Positions 1 through 8,701 of a stretch of 64,000 nt of DNA are shown here, piece by piece. The stretch covers positions 416,001 through 480,000 of the forward strand of contig CAVXLD010000001.1 in NCBI GenBank assembly GCA_963762565.1. The letters run 5' to 3'. A program made the position numbers and the translations under genes. The DNA comes from an uncultured Verrucomicrobiae bacterium (GTDB lineage: Bacteria > Verrucomicrobiota > Verrucomicrobiia > Chthoniobacterales > JAFAMB01). The notes beneath the pieces were generated by a model. That model searched no databases, had not been told where the DNA came from, and worked only from the letters and a program-made list of their open reading frames with translations. Every line of letters begins with the position of its first letter. Position 1 is the stretch's first letter.

Positions 1-511
1 CCGCTGGTTGGTGCTTGATCGGATAACGCTTCGTAATGTAGAAACTCGGGCTCGGGATATCCGCCCGGCGGAGCGTGTAACGCTGACCATCACTGATAAT
101 CTGAAACCCGCGGGACTCCGCGATTTGATAGAACGCTTGCAGCGGAGTGAGATTAGATAGTGCAACCGAGATCTTCTCGTCTTCCGAAATGTTCGGCTCG
201 ATATAGTTAATTCCGGCTTGTTCCGCCAAAATTCGTAAGACTTTCGCTAGGGGCTGATTGGTAAATCGATGAGTCCTGGGTTTATCGGGCGGCAGTTGGG
301 CCGTCGTAGCTGACTCCGCGTTCTCGCGTTCCCGTAACAATCGCTCGATTTGATCAACCACGCTCTCGGGACTTTGAGAGGATTCATTGCCCGGCGTTGC
401 ATCTGCAGCAGGTACTGGCCCGGGACTTTGGCTCTGTGCCGGCGTGGGGCTACCGTTTTGCGCAGATGCCAGCAAAGGCCATACGACCACTATGATCAAC
501 CTCTTAATCAT
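1..511 (-). CDS. Secretin-like (PilQ/GspD family) protein, N-terminal part; runs off the window
   Basis: Not in the ORF track. ATG at 511 overlaps the end of the 504..1088 gene and the frame stays open to position 1: MIKRLIIVVVWPLLASAQ (signal peptide) ... HRFTNQPLAKVLRILAEQAGINYI, an STN/N0-like secretin segment. Last visible gene of the pilMNOP-like run. Confidence 0.65.
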   Translation of the reverse strand, partial: MIKRLIIVVVWPLLASAQNGSPTPAQSQSPGPVPAADATPGNESSQSPESVVDQIERLLRERENAESATTAQLPPDKPRTHRFTNQPLAKVLRILAEQAGINYIEPNISEDEKISVALSNLTPLQAFYQIAESRGFQIISDGQRYTLRRADIPSPSFYITKRYPIKHQPA

Positions 512-1088
512 GCTCAGATTTCTTTTTCCGCTCCAACGTGATCCGTTCCGTCCCGCTGTCGCCGACATACGGGAGCTTGCAAAGGGGGGCTCTAAATCCC
601 GGTAGAAGAATGGCAACTCCACCCGAGTCAATTGGCCCTACCTCTAATAAAATAGTGCTCTTCTCGCTCATATCTCTTTCGAGGGGCAGACCGTAAGTGC
701 GCGCCAACTCAGTGAGTTGGACCAGATCATTATCCGAAACCGTGACCGGAATCTTTTCCGTTTCACTGAAGGCTACCCCATTGATCAGGGCGATAGCATG
801 GCTACTTCCCTCTCCTGTGCTAACTCCCTCAACAAAAAGGTCGTTCTGTATCGCCGCCACCAGGGTTTGAAGGTAACGTTGAGCCGCTTTGCTACTGAAC
901 GAGTTATCTAGCTCCACACCTTTCCCAACCAGCGTCTTACCGGCATCCGCGCTGATAAATGGATCCCGCGAGGCGGGCGTGTATCTAAATGCGTACAGGT
1001 CCGGTAAGCGAGGCATGATGGCCTCTCCGGCTAAGCCGAGACTCGACGTGAAAACTACAAGTAGTATCAGATACCCTGTTGTCCTCAT
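504..1088 (-). CDS. Hypothetical exported protein, PilP-like by position
   Basis: N-terminal hydrophobic signal, 'RDPF' motif typical of PilP, 'AIALING' strand; lies between the PilO-like and secretin genes. Confidence 0.5.
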   Translation of the reverse strand: MRTTGYLILLVVFTSSLGLAGEAIMPRLPDLYAFRYTPASRDPFISADAGKTLVGKGVELDNSFSSKAAQRYLQTLVAAIQNDLFVEGVSTGEGSSHAIALINGVAFSETEKIPVTVSDNDLVQLTELARTYGLPLERDMSEKSTILLEVGPIDSGGVAILLPGFRAPLCKLPYVGDSGTERITLERKKKSEHD

Positions 1089-1095
1089 TAGGCTT

Positions 1096-1671
1096 TCATT
1101 TCCCCGTTAGCATCCGAATGGTCAGCCGAGTCTCCAGATAAGTGGGATCGGTCGAAAAAGGCGGAATATTAGGCGGACGACTCAATAAGACCTTGTCAAA
1201 ATACATGAAGAGGTCGGCATTCTCCTGTTCTGCCAGAAGCGGTACCAGTCTGTGGAATTCGAGGCCAGCGGTACCGGCTTCATAGATGATCGACATTTCG
1301 CCATTTGGAACGCGAACGGGCTGCACAATAAGACCCGCCTGGGTAAAGCCTGCGATACCGGCGGCTTCCAATGAAGAACTGTCACTGTTTAAAGGGGTTG
1401 CCGGCACCGAGTTAATATGCAGCGACGAGGCGCCTCGAGACGCGATCATCGTATCGCTCAGGCGAGTGTAAAGCGCCTCAATCCTGGTTTTACTAACTCG
1501 TAGACCATCGATTTCACCTTCGAGATGGTTGTTCGCAATTTCCTGATGATTGTTCTCTTGATCTAAAAGCCGAACCTCGGTCCAACCGTCTAGCAACAGT
1601 TTGACCTCCAGTCCGACCAAACCGGCCGAAACCACGAGCACACCAAAGAAAAAGAGCGCCTTGAATTTCAT
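1096..1671 (-). CDS. PilO/GspM-like bitopic membrane protein
   Basis: N-terminal TM helix, coiled coil, then a compact C-terminal domain; position in the operon. Confidence 0.5.
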   Translation of the reverse strand: MKFKALFFFGVLVVSAGLVGLEVKLLLDGWTEVRLLDQENNHQEIANNHLEGEIDGLRVSKTRIEALYTRLSDTMIASRGASSLHINSVPATPLNSDSSSLEAAGIAGFTQAGLIVQPVRVPNGEMSIIYEAGTAGLEFHRLVPLLAEQENADLFMYFDKVLLSRPPNIPPFSTDPTYLETRLTIRMLTGK

Positions 1672-1721
1672 TTAGTCAATCATCGGCCTCGCAAGCGAGG
1701 CGCGCTCCACAAGGTAAGCAT

Positions 1722-2366
1722 TCATAAGCGGTCCGGATCCGCGATCCGCTGCACCCCCAAGGCCGAATAGTTGCCGACCGGCAGAATCGAATAAACCAGA
1801 AGAAATGGCACCAGGCTCTCTGTGCCCTCGAGCAGTTTTGATCTCGCCACCTGAGACCCGACCGGCAAACGCTTCTTCAGCTGGTTAGTAAAACTCTCTA
1901 GTTCCTCTGCGTGCCCAAATTTGAGACTACCCTGGATGGAGAGCGTATAGAGCTCTGGCACCCGATAAGTCCCGCCGGCGACAGGAAGAGCCTGATACCG
2001 GGAGGACTCTATCGCAATTTTTTCCAGAACAGCATTCGCAGGCACGGTTTGTTCAATCGCCGCGAGCACGGCGCTACACGGAAGCCGGCCTCGCAGAATC
2101 GGCTCCCATTGTTGGATCTGGCTTAATTTCTGGCGTGTGTCTTTGAAAGCGACCAGCCGGATTTGCAACTCATTTTGGGCCGCCAAAAGTTGAGCCTGTT
2201 CATCGGTTCGAGCCTGATGGCCCCGCCAGATAGTAAACGCAAAGAAAAGGACCGGCAATTGGATTAGTCCCGTGATTAATGCGATAAGGCCGACTCCCCG
2301 GAAAACCAGCTCCCGCTGATAGCTTCTCAGAACGATTCTTTCAGGGCTAACAAACAGATTTTTCAT
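1722..2366 (-). CDS. PilN-like bitopic membrane protein
   Basis: TM helix, coiled coil, 'VLAAIEQTVPANAVLEKI...LSIQGS' resembling the PilN core; 4-bp overlap with the upstream gene. Confidence 0.55.
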   Translation of the reverse strand: MKNLFVSPERIVLRSYQRELVFRGVGLIALITGLIQLPVLFFAFTIWRGHQARTDEQAQLLAAQNELQIRLVAFKDTRQKLSQIQQWEPILRGRLPCSAVLAAIEQTVPANAVLEKIAIESSRYQALPVAGGTYRVPELYTLSIQGSLKFGHAEELESFTNQLKKRLPVGSQVARSKLLEGTESLVPFLLVYSILPVGNYSALGVQRIADPDRL

Positions 2367-3358
2367 TTGAGCTCCTGGGCGAGCCAGCGCGACAACAGCG
2401 CGATCGGCGAACGCGTGGCGGTACTGGGAGCCCGTTGACGTTGGATGATAATATCCCCGCCCTCAATCTGTTGGAGAACAGGTCCTGTGAGCTGGAATCC
2501 GTTGATCCCAGAATGGACTGGGTCTTCCTCGGAAGACCATGACCAGACACAAACATACGGCTCCTTTTCCGGGCTCAATTGTTTGGCGAGTTTAGCTAGT
2601 TCCTTACTGACGGACTCGGTGTCTTCCTCGTACTGTCGAAACAAAATAATTTTTCTGTCTTGGATGGCAGCCAGGGCTAGCGAGCTGGTAAGGCTCAATA
2701 ATAAGAAGGCTGTCCTCTCTTGGGTCGGTATCCTCTTTAAGAACCAAGCAAGACACGCTACCGGAACGGGCAAGATTGCCAGTAACGCCCCGTCTTGCCG
2801 TTCTGTCCAAAGCTCGCACTCAGCGCAGTAGTCAGCGGGCATTCCGAGAATAATGATCTGGGAATGCTTCCCCTCTACGGGCCCGGCAATGGGCTTTAGC
2901 GTTGCGTCCAATACCGCCCAGCGAAAGGGCCGGTCCTCATCCCAAGCGCCGATTACCTGCCGAGGCTCCTCAGCCAAGCTCTCCAAGATTCCTTCAACGG
3001 TTGATTCCCTCAGGTTCGGTACCAAATGAACGTTGCAATACAGATCGCTCACGGTGCAATCCGGCAATAGGAGCATTTCCGCCTTTCCTCGTAATCGGTT
3101 TCGAGCCAACAGCTTAGAAGTGAAGCTGCGAACTCCCACTGTGCCGGGGTCCGATTTCTCCGGGATCGGGGGTGCATCCGGTAGATCTCCGATGTTTTCT
3201 TCGAACGCCACCACCCGTTGGCGCCGAGTTAGGAGGACGGAACAAGTCTTCGAGGAAAGAAAAAATACGCCAATTTGTTCAGGCGTAGTGAACAGTCCGC
3301 CGGACAGGTAATACCGGAGCGGAAAGTGTCTGAGATAATGCCTGAAAGAATAGTGCAT
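2363..3358 (-). CDS. Divergent PilM/GspL-like cytoplasmic protein
   Basis: 331-aa soluble protein directly upstream of the PilN-like gene; no clear ATP-binding motif, so the assignment is mainly positional. Confidence 0.4.
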   Translation of the reverse strand: MHYSFRHYLRHFPLRYYLSGGLFTTPEQIGVFFLSSKTCSVLLTRRQRVVAFEENIGDLPDAPPIPEKSDPGTVGVRSFTSKLLARNRLRGKAEMLLLPDCTVSDLYCNVHLVPNLRESTVEGILESLAEEPRQVIGAWDEDRPFRWAVLDATLKPIAGPVEGKHSQIIILGMPADYCAECELWTERQDGALLAILPVPVACLAWFLKRIPTQERTAFLLLSLTSSLALAAIQDRKIILFRQYEEDTESVSKELAKLAKQLSPEKEPYVCVWSWSSEEDPVHSGINGFQLTGPVLQQIEGGDIIIQRQRAPSTATRSPIALLSRWLAQELK

Positions 3359-3414
3359 CGGTTTCTGTTAGATCATTAAATCAGATATATTACAACTTCT
3401 TATTAGTCTGTAAT

Positions 3415-4632
3415 CTAAATATGTTGGATTATCTCCATCGCCGGCAGGAAAGTAGCGAAGACGATCCCGCCAATTACTAATCCAAGCGCGATTATCAGAA
3501 GGGGATCAAGGATCTGTCTCAGAGCAGTTAAACGGCTGTCCAATTGCCGCTCCAGTAACGTGGTAAGCCTGAACAATCCATCGCTCCCTGCACCGGCCGC
3601 CTCCATGAATGCGAGTCCGTTGATGACCATCTCGCCAAAAATATCCCGGTCGTCGTTCAATGCCGCGGCCAATGATTCACCGCGTTGTACCCGGACCAAG
3701 GTGCGACCGATAGCCGATCGATATTCATAGTTCCAGCTCAGGTCACGGCACAGAAGGAGCGCCTGGGTTGTCTTTGCCCGGACATGTTTCAGCTGAGCGA
3801 AAGTCCGGACGAAATTCGCTCGCATCAGCAGCAGCGTTAAGGGGCCCACACCAGGCAACCGCAGAACGGAACGGTGGAGGCTTGGGTGCCCTCGTACATA
3901 GGCCGGGATCCTGGAACTGAGGAGGATTAGAGCGCCTGTCAGCCCCAATACAGCCAGAGGGTAATTGCTACAAAGTCGCGAAAGATTCAGCAAACAAAGA
4001 GTCGGAAGTGGCAGGTCCGCGTGCATCTCCCCAAGGATCCCGATAAACTGCGGCACGACTCGGGTCATGAGCAACCAGACCACACCGGCAGCGGCAGCAA
4101 AGACGATCATGGGATAGATGAGCATCATGAGAAGACGGTGTCTGAGGTCTTCGTTCCTGGCCCAGATCTTGCAGACGTTAGTCAAGGCCTCGGTTAGTGT
4201 GCCGCCCTCCTCACCGGCCGAGATCAATCCAACCGCAACTTGATCGAACACCTCCGGATAGGAAGAGATGGCGTTCGCGAATGACATCCCTTTAGAAACG
4301 CGGTCCCGGAGCCTCTCGACAATGTGATGCATTCGCTTTCCAGACCGATCCCGAGTTGAGGTAGTGCTCAGACAGATCGAGAGCGCGGTCCGAAAATCCA
4401 TCCCGAGGTAAACCGATGCCTCTAGGTTCTCGAGAAATGTCAATCTCGTCCGAAGTGAGACGCGTTCTTTTTTTTCCGCGGTCGTTTTCCGGGAAGGATC
4501 CGCAATCAGGACAATTGGTTGATTGAGGTTATTCAGGCGGATACTCACTTCGGCCAGTGAGTTGCCATCGATTACTGATCTGATGTACGAGTCGCCTTTG
4601 CGCTTTTGCGTGACGTACTCGAACCTCGGCAT
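3415..4632 (-). CDS. pilC: Type II secretion F-family / PilC platform protein
   Basis: Two GspF repeats (VSKGMSFANAISSYPEVFD..LISAGEEGGTL; VQRGESLAAAL; LDPLLIIALG..FLP). Start moved to ATG 4632 (MPRFEY) to avoid overlapping the pilin. Confidence 0.85.
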   Translation of the reverse strand: MPRFEYVTQKRKGDSYIRSVIDGNSLAEVSIRLNNLNQPIVLIADPSRKTTAEKKERVSLRTRLTFLENLEASVYLGMDFRTALSICLSTTSTRDRSGKRMHHIVERLRDRVSKGMSFANAISSYPEVFDQVAVGLISAGEEGGTLTEALTNVCKIWARNEDLRHRLLMMLIYPMIVFAAAAGVVWLLMTRVVPQFIGILGEMHADLPLPTLCLLNLSRLCSNYPLAVLGLTGALILLSSRIPAYVRGHPSLHRSVLRLPGVGPLTLLLMRANFVRTFAQLKHVRAKTTQALLLCRDLSWNYEYRSAIGRTLVRVQRGESLAAALNDDRDIFGEMVINGLAFMEAAGAGSDGLFRLTTLLERQLDSRLTALRQILDPLLIIALGLVIGGIVFATFLPAMEIIQHI

Positions 4633-4660
4633 AGATTCCGGATGCCCAAATTTCCTGAGA

Positions 4661-5152
4661 TTAATTTCCGCCCGAGCCGCCCTGAGGAAGTGGAGCCGTT
4701 GGAATATTATACTTGCTGAGGTATTGGTTGGAAGAAGTGCCTTGCCCTCCGACGAAGTACGGATTGCTACCCCAAGTCCCAAGATTAATCGAACCGCCCG
4801 TCCCTTCGTTGAGTTCGGTCGTACTCGAGATCTCCACGCCAAATCTGGTCAAGTACTGCTGAATCCACGGAAACTGCACTGGTTCACCGTTATTCGGCAA
4901 GGGCGAGGCATTGGCCTGCGCGTCGATCGCGTATTGCACTTCAGCCTTTTGCACTGCATCGAGCCGCTGTGCAATCATTGCTGCCTGCGATTTCTTCAGC
5001 GAATCCATTATCGCAGGGTAGATAAGGGCCGCGAGCGCAGTAATAATCGCGATTACCACCAGTATCTCGACCAAGGTCATCCCACTCGCGCTCCTCCTAT
5101 GCGCGTAAGAGATTTCCCGCTGACTCATTAGCACCCTCAGCGCTACTCTCAT
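4661..5152 (-). CDS. Type IV pilin / pseudopilin
   Basis: Class III prepilin cleavage motif RRSASG|MTLVEILVVIAIITALAALIYP; start may be 5128. Confidence 0.9.
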   Translation of the reverse strand: MRVALRVLMSQREISYAHRRSASGMTLVEILVVIAIITALAALIYPAIMDSLKKSQAAMIAQRLDAVQKAEVQYAIDAQANASPLPNNGEPVQFPWIQQYLTRFGVEISSTTELNEGTGGSINLGTWGSNPYFVGGQGTSSNQYLSKYNIPTAPLPQGGSGGN

Positions 5153-5329
5153 AACGTTAATTCCTTATGTTATAAGCTCGGGCTTTATCGATTTATATCA
5201 AATGCAATTCCGTTGGCAACGATTATCTATTTTTAGATGGAGGAAAAATTTGTGCGAATGGAAGCGGCCGGAGTCATTTGAACTATGTGAGTGCGGTACC
5301 GGAGTTTGCGTTTTCGGGACAGAGCCCGC

Positions 5330-6163
5330 TTATGGATGCTTAATTTCCACCGACAAGTCTGAATCAGCTTCGGAAATATAACCAACTAGATCGCCCCTCT
5401 TAGGCGTTGTAAATGAAGTAGTTGCATTCATCCCTCTCACTAATGTCTGCTGTTTATCATTGGGTCCAACCCGATAGCTCCAAACATTAACCAGGGAAAG
5501 CTTATGCGTTCCTTCATTCAAAACTGGCAGAGGCAGCACGCGATCCGTGTGCAAAGTATCGAAGAAGCCCAGCGTATCGCCATCGATCACGACTAAGCCA
5601 TCGAAAACTAAAGGGAGTTGACTCCGAAAAGAGATCGAGCCGTTCTGCTTAAGCAGGTTCTCCCACTTCTGTTGATAGTCAACTAGGGCCTGAGGCCATT
5701 CTCTGCAGTCGATGCCCGCTGTGGTGGCTACATTCAGTCCTCGATAAAATCCCGTTCCATAGTACGGAGCAAATTTCTGACCGATGTCGACGAAGTGAGC
5801 AAGAACTGCCCGTAGCACTGCTCGCCCCGCATCGCTGCGGCTTAGCTGTTCCGCGGCCCACGCATCCGCGGCCGCTTCGTCCCGGGTCCCAAGCGCAAGA
5901 TGACCATATTCATGCACGCGAAAGAAGAACGAAGCACCAGGATGCCGTTGATCAATGGCTGCGGCTCGATCAGGACAAAGGTAGATAATTCCGTGCGGAT
6001 TGAAGAGGGTTGGCTGGAACGACATGCCAATTCCTCCCTGCGTTTTTTTACAATCATGTCGGACCGGAATGCTTCGAAGGGAATCAGGCGGAGTCCATTG
6101 GGCGAGTCCAAAGTGGCTTAAAGACAGCGAGATAAGACAAAAAGCAAACGAGCGAATGATCAT
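5330..6163 (-). CDS. Secreted protein with HExxH zinc-metallopeptidase motif
   Basis: Signal peptide MIIRSFAFCLISLSLSHFGLAQ; VHEYGHLALG followed by DEAAADAWA. Confidence 0.55.
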   Translation of the reverse strand: MIIRSFAFCLISLSLSHFGLAQWTPPDSLRSIPVRHDCKKTQGGIGMSFQPTLFNPHGIIYLCPDRAAAIDQRHPGASFFFRVHEYGHLALGTRDEAAADAWAAEQLSRSDAGRAVLRAVLAHFVDIGQKFAPYYGTGFYRGLNVATTAGIDCREWPQALVDYQQKWENLLKQNGSISFRSQLPLVFDGLVVIDGDTLGFFDTLHTDRVLPLPVLNEGTHKLSLVNVWSYRVGPNDKQQTLVRGMNATTSFTTPKRGDLVGYISEADSDLSVEIKHP

Positions 6164-6346
6164 GTTTCGGAAAACCCGTTTAGAACAGCCCAAAATCTCG
6201 CGCAAAGACGCAAAGGCGCAAAGACCAAGACAAAATTCACAGCCAAGCCTGAAGGATCAGAAAGAGCCAAGAGCGCTGCTCCACCACTCCACGGCTCCGC
6301 GCAGCCGGATTCGAGGACGAGGACGAGTACGAAGCGCCTGGTGAAG

Positions 6347-6961
6347 CTACCGGTTGCTGCTAACGGGCTGAGTCTCATCGAATGCAGAGTTCAGCTCTTC
6401 AATGGAGACATTACCGGTTATCCGGAGCAGAAAATCCGACCCGTCGGAAACATTAACATAGGTACCATCCCGGTAGATTGCTTGCTTAACGCCGGCCTCG
6501 TTCAAGTTTGGATCTTGCGTGCTTCGGAGGCCCTCGTCATTTAACGGGTCGAGCATAGTCGCAGTGACGCGAATCAGATGGTCACTAACATAGAACGTCC
6601 ATCTGTCATGAGATAGGATCCGGTTGCGCTCGGGGTCGCAGAAGCCTTCACCGATGACTTTAGTACCGGCCGGGACAATGATTTTACCAACAGAACTGAC
6701 TATATCTGCTTGAACATTACCGACGATTGTAATGCGTTCTTCGAGATTATTAATATCACGCAACGTTTTGCAGTGCACTGTAACCTGCGATTCGTTGGTG
6801 GCCTCGGCCGCCGGCGAGTAAACTGAAAAAAAAGAGGGCTGCCCAACCGGTAATGCCAAGCCAGTTGGTTTCGTCGACGCTAAGGAATGTTGGTCCGCAA
6901 GATGATCTAACGCCGCGACTTTCGCGTTAATAAACAAAACGAGGAACAAGTAGGGCAACAT
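6347..6961 (-). CDS. Exported protein with TrbI/VirB10/TraM-like beta domain
   Basis: Signal-like N-terminus (MLPYLFLVLF). 'VQADIVSSVGKIIVPAGTKVIGEG...NRI...ATMLDPLNDEGL' resembles the VirB10/TraM core. Confidence 0.45.
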   Translation of the reverse strand: MLPYLFLVLFINAKVAALDHLADQHSLASTKPTGLALPVGQPSFFSVYSPAAEATNESQVTVHCKTLRDINNLEERITIVGNVQADIVSSVGKIIVPAGTKVIGEGFCDPERNRILSHDRWTFYVSDHLIRVTATMLDPLNDEGLRSTQDPNLNEAGVKQAIYRDGTYVNVSDGSDFLLRITGNVSIEELNSAFDETQPVSSNR

Positions 6962-7101
6962 AGGGTGAAGAAAAGCAAGGGGTACTGGAGTATTGGAGTA
7001 TTGCAATGATGGCAGCTGCTGACTGTGCTCCCTAAGAGACACGCATTAAAATCTGTCTAAACCAACTAACCCTTGTAGCTCTTGCTCTGCTTAGCTCTGG
7101 G

Positions 7102-8313
7102 CTAATCACCTTTGTCTCCAGGATCGTACAGGTCGTCAAGCGCCTTCGTGATCTGACTAAACCGGTCTCGCATTCCGGGAAGCAGCCCTCGCCCTTCGTG
7201 CACAACCAACATGCAGATCCGCCCCTCCAGAAAAATGCTGATTGGCGAATCGGCGAGCAAGGTGCAAGCGCTCACTTCAACTGAACTGAGGGTGGTTCCA
7301 AACTCGCGGACTGCCCGCATGAGTGCAGGAGCCGGTAACGCGGCGTTGACTCGATAGTTCTCTGGTAGATCTCCTCCTAACACCGTGCCGTCATCTGACA
7401 TGATAAGAGCAGCCCGCACCTTAGGAAAAGCGGACAACAAATGCGCCACTTGTGCGGCATCTAGAAAATCATCGGTGAGGAATAACTCTTGTAGGAGTTC
7501 AAGTCCGCGACGGCGTTGCGGTTTAGCAGGCGTCTGCTTTGACTCAACCGGCTTCGGCGTTTCCTCGGCCGGAGGTGGGGTTGCGATAACCGGCGGCCCG
7601 GGCGCCGGCAGTTTCGGTTTAGGCAAATCAGCGAAGGGATCTTTCTTAACAACGCCGGGATCGCCGGCACCGGAGCGAGATTCACCTATCTCTTTTGAAG
7701 GCAGCGCTTTTTCGCTAGGGGACGGAGCTACGACTTGTACCGGGGGGATCGGAGGAGGATTATCGCGAACTTCCTCTTTCTCGCGAATTAAAGGAAGCAC
7801 CGAGCCGAGATCATCGGTTGGGGAATTGGCTGGCCGATTTGCAACAGAAGTAGAGGCATGTCCCTCTAGTTGGAAGAAGCCTTCGTCCTCACGAGCGACC
7901 TGAGCAATCGGAGTATCAAAATCGGGCGCGCCGGCGAGAGCGGCGCCATCATTGAAGGAGCGCATTACATTTTGGAGCTGAAGTACGACCGAGCGAAGCG
8001 ATAGCGGGAAGGTAGTTTCTTCTTTTAGTTGCTCCGGGACCAAACCCGGATAGAGGTCGCGCAACATCCTGGCGGAAATAGTAACTCGCCCCTCCATCAA
8101 GCCGTCGGTTTGCCCCAATTTCACTCGGATTTCTCTCGACTCTCGAGAGCCCCAGTTTAAAGCGCCGCCAATCTCGGTTGTAAAATCTAACGGTCGAAGC
8201 ACGATTTCCTGGTCCTCTACCGGCCCTGTACCAGTGGGATCAGCGGAGGCTTTTTCAGGTGAGCCGGCCGATTTTAGGTTGCGGAAAAGGTAGTTCCCAA
8301 ATTTTGGAGCCAT
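7102..8313 (-). CDS. Protein with Pro-rich linker and C-terminal Roadblock/LC7 (MglB-like) domain
   Basis: C-terminal FPKVRAALIMSDDGTVLGGDLP...ICMLVVH pattern; start set at MAPKF (8313). Confidence 0.6.
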   Translation of the reverse strand: MAPKFGNYLFRNLKSAGSPEKASADPTGTGPVEDQEIVLRPLDFTTEIGGALNWGSRESREIRVKLGQTDGLMEGRVTISARMLRDLYPGLVPEQLKEETTFPLSLRSVVLQLQNVMRSFNDGAALAGAPDFDTPIAQVAREDEGFFQLEGHASTSVANRPANSPTDDLGSVLPLIREKEEVRDNPPPIPPVQVVAPSPSEKALPSKEIGESRSGAGDPGVVKKDPFADLPKPKLPAPGPPVIATPPPAEETPKPVESKQTPAKPQRRRGLELLQELFLTDDFLDAAQVAHLLSAFPKVRAALIMSDDGTVLGGDLPENYRVNAALPAPALMRAVREFGTTLSSVEVSACTLLADSPISIFLEGRICMLVVHEGRGLLPGMRDRFSQITKALDDLYDPGDKGD

Positions 8314-8378
8314 AAAAGAATACGAATAACTAGGATACGAATAACTCGCGGATGATCGGCAATTCAATTGCGTGCATC

Positions 8379-8654
8379 CCAGTGTTCTGTCCCATAAATA
8401 ACGTGGCTTTCGTTGCGATCAAAATAGCCGCCGGCAAGGCCGAGGAGGCGCATATCTTGATCGATACGTAACCGACGAGCAACGCAGCCGCCGGCCCATT
8501 TTCATCGCAACCCTCCGGGCCGTGGCCAGTTGGCTGTTTTTCCGCGTTGCTCGCTCGACCCGTATGAACCAGATATGGGCGCTTCGCTCGCGCCTTGAAA
8601 AACAGCCAACTGACCGACGGCGAAAGCCACGTTATTTATGGGACCGGACACTAG
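8379..8654. mobile_element. MITE-like non-autonomous element
   Basis: 32-bp terminal inverted repeats at 8381-8412 and 8621-8652 (30/32 match); CCAG/CTAG at the ends; two internal long hairpins; no convincing ORF. Confidence 0.7.
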
Positions 8655-8701
8655 TTGCACATCTAGCCTGACCGATAATAACTATCAATAATAATGTTGT
8701 A

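Noticed and set aside
4523..5131. 202-aa plus-strand ORF
   Set aside because: Antisense shadow of the pilin and pilC genes; no motifs.
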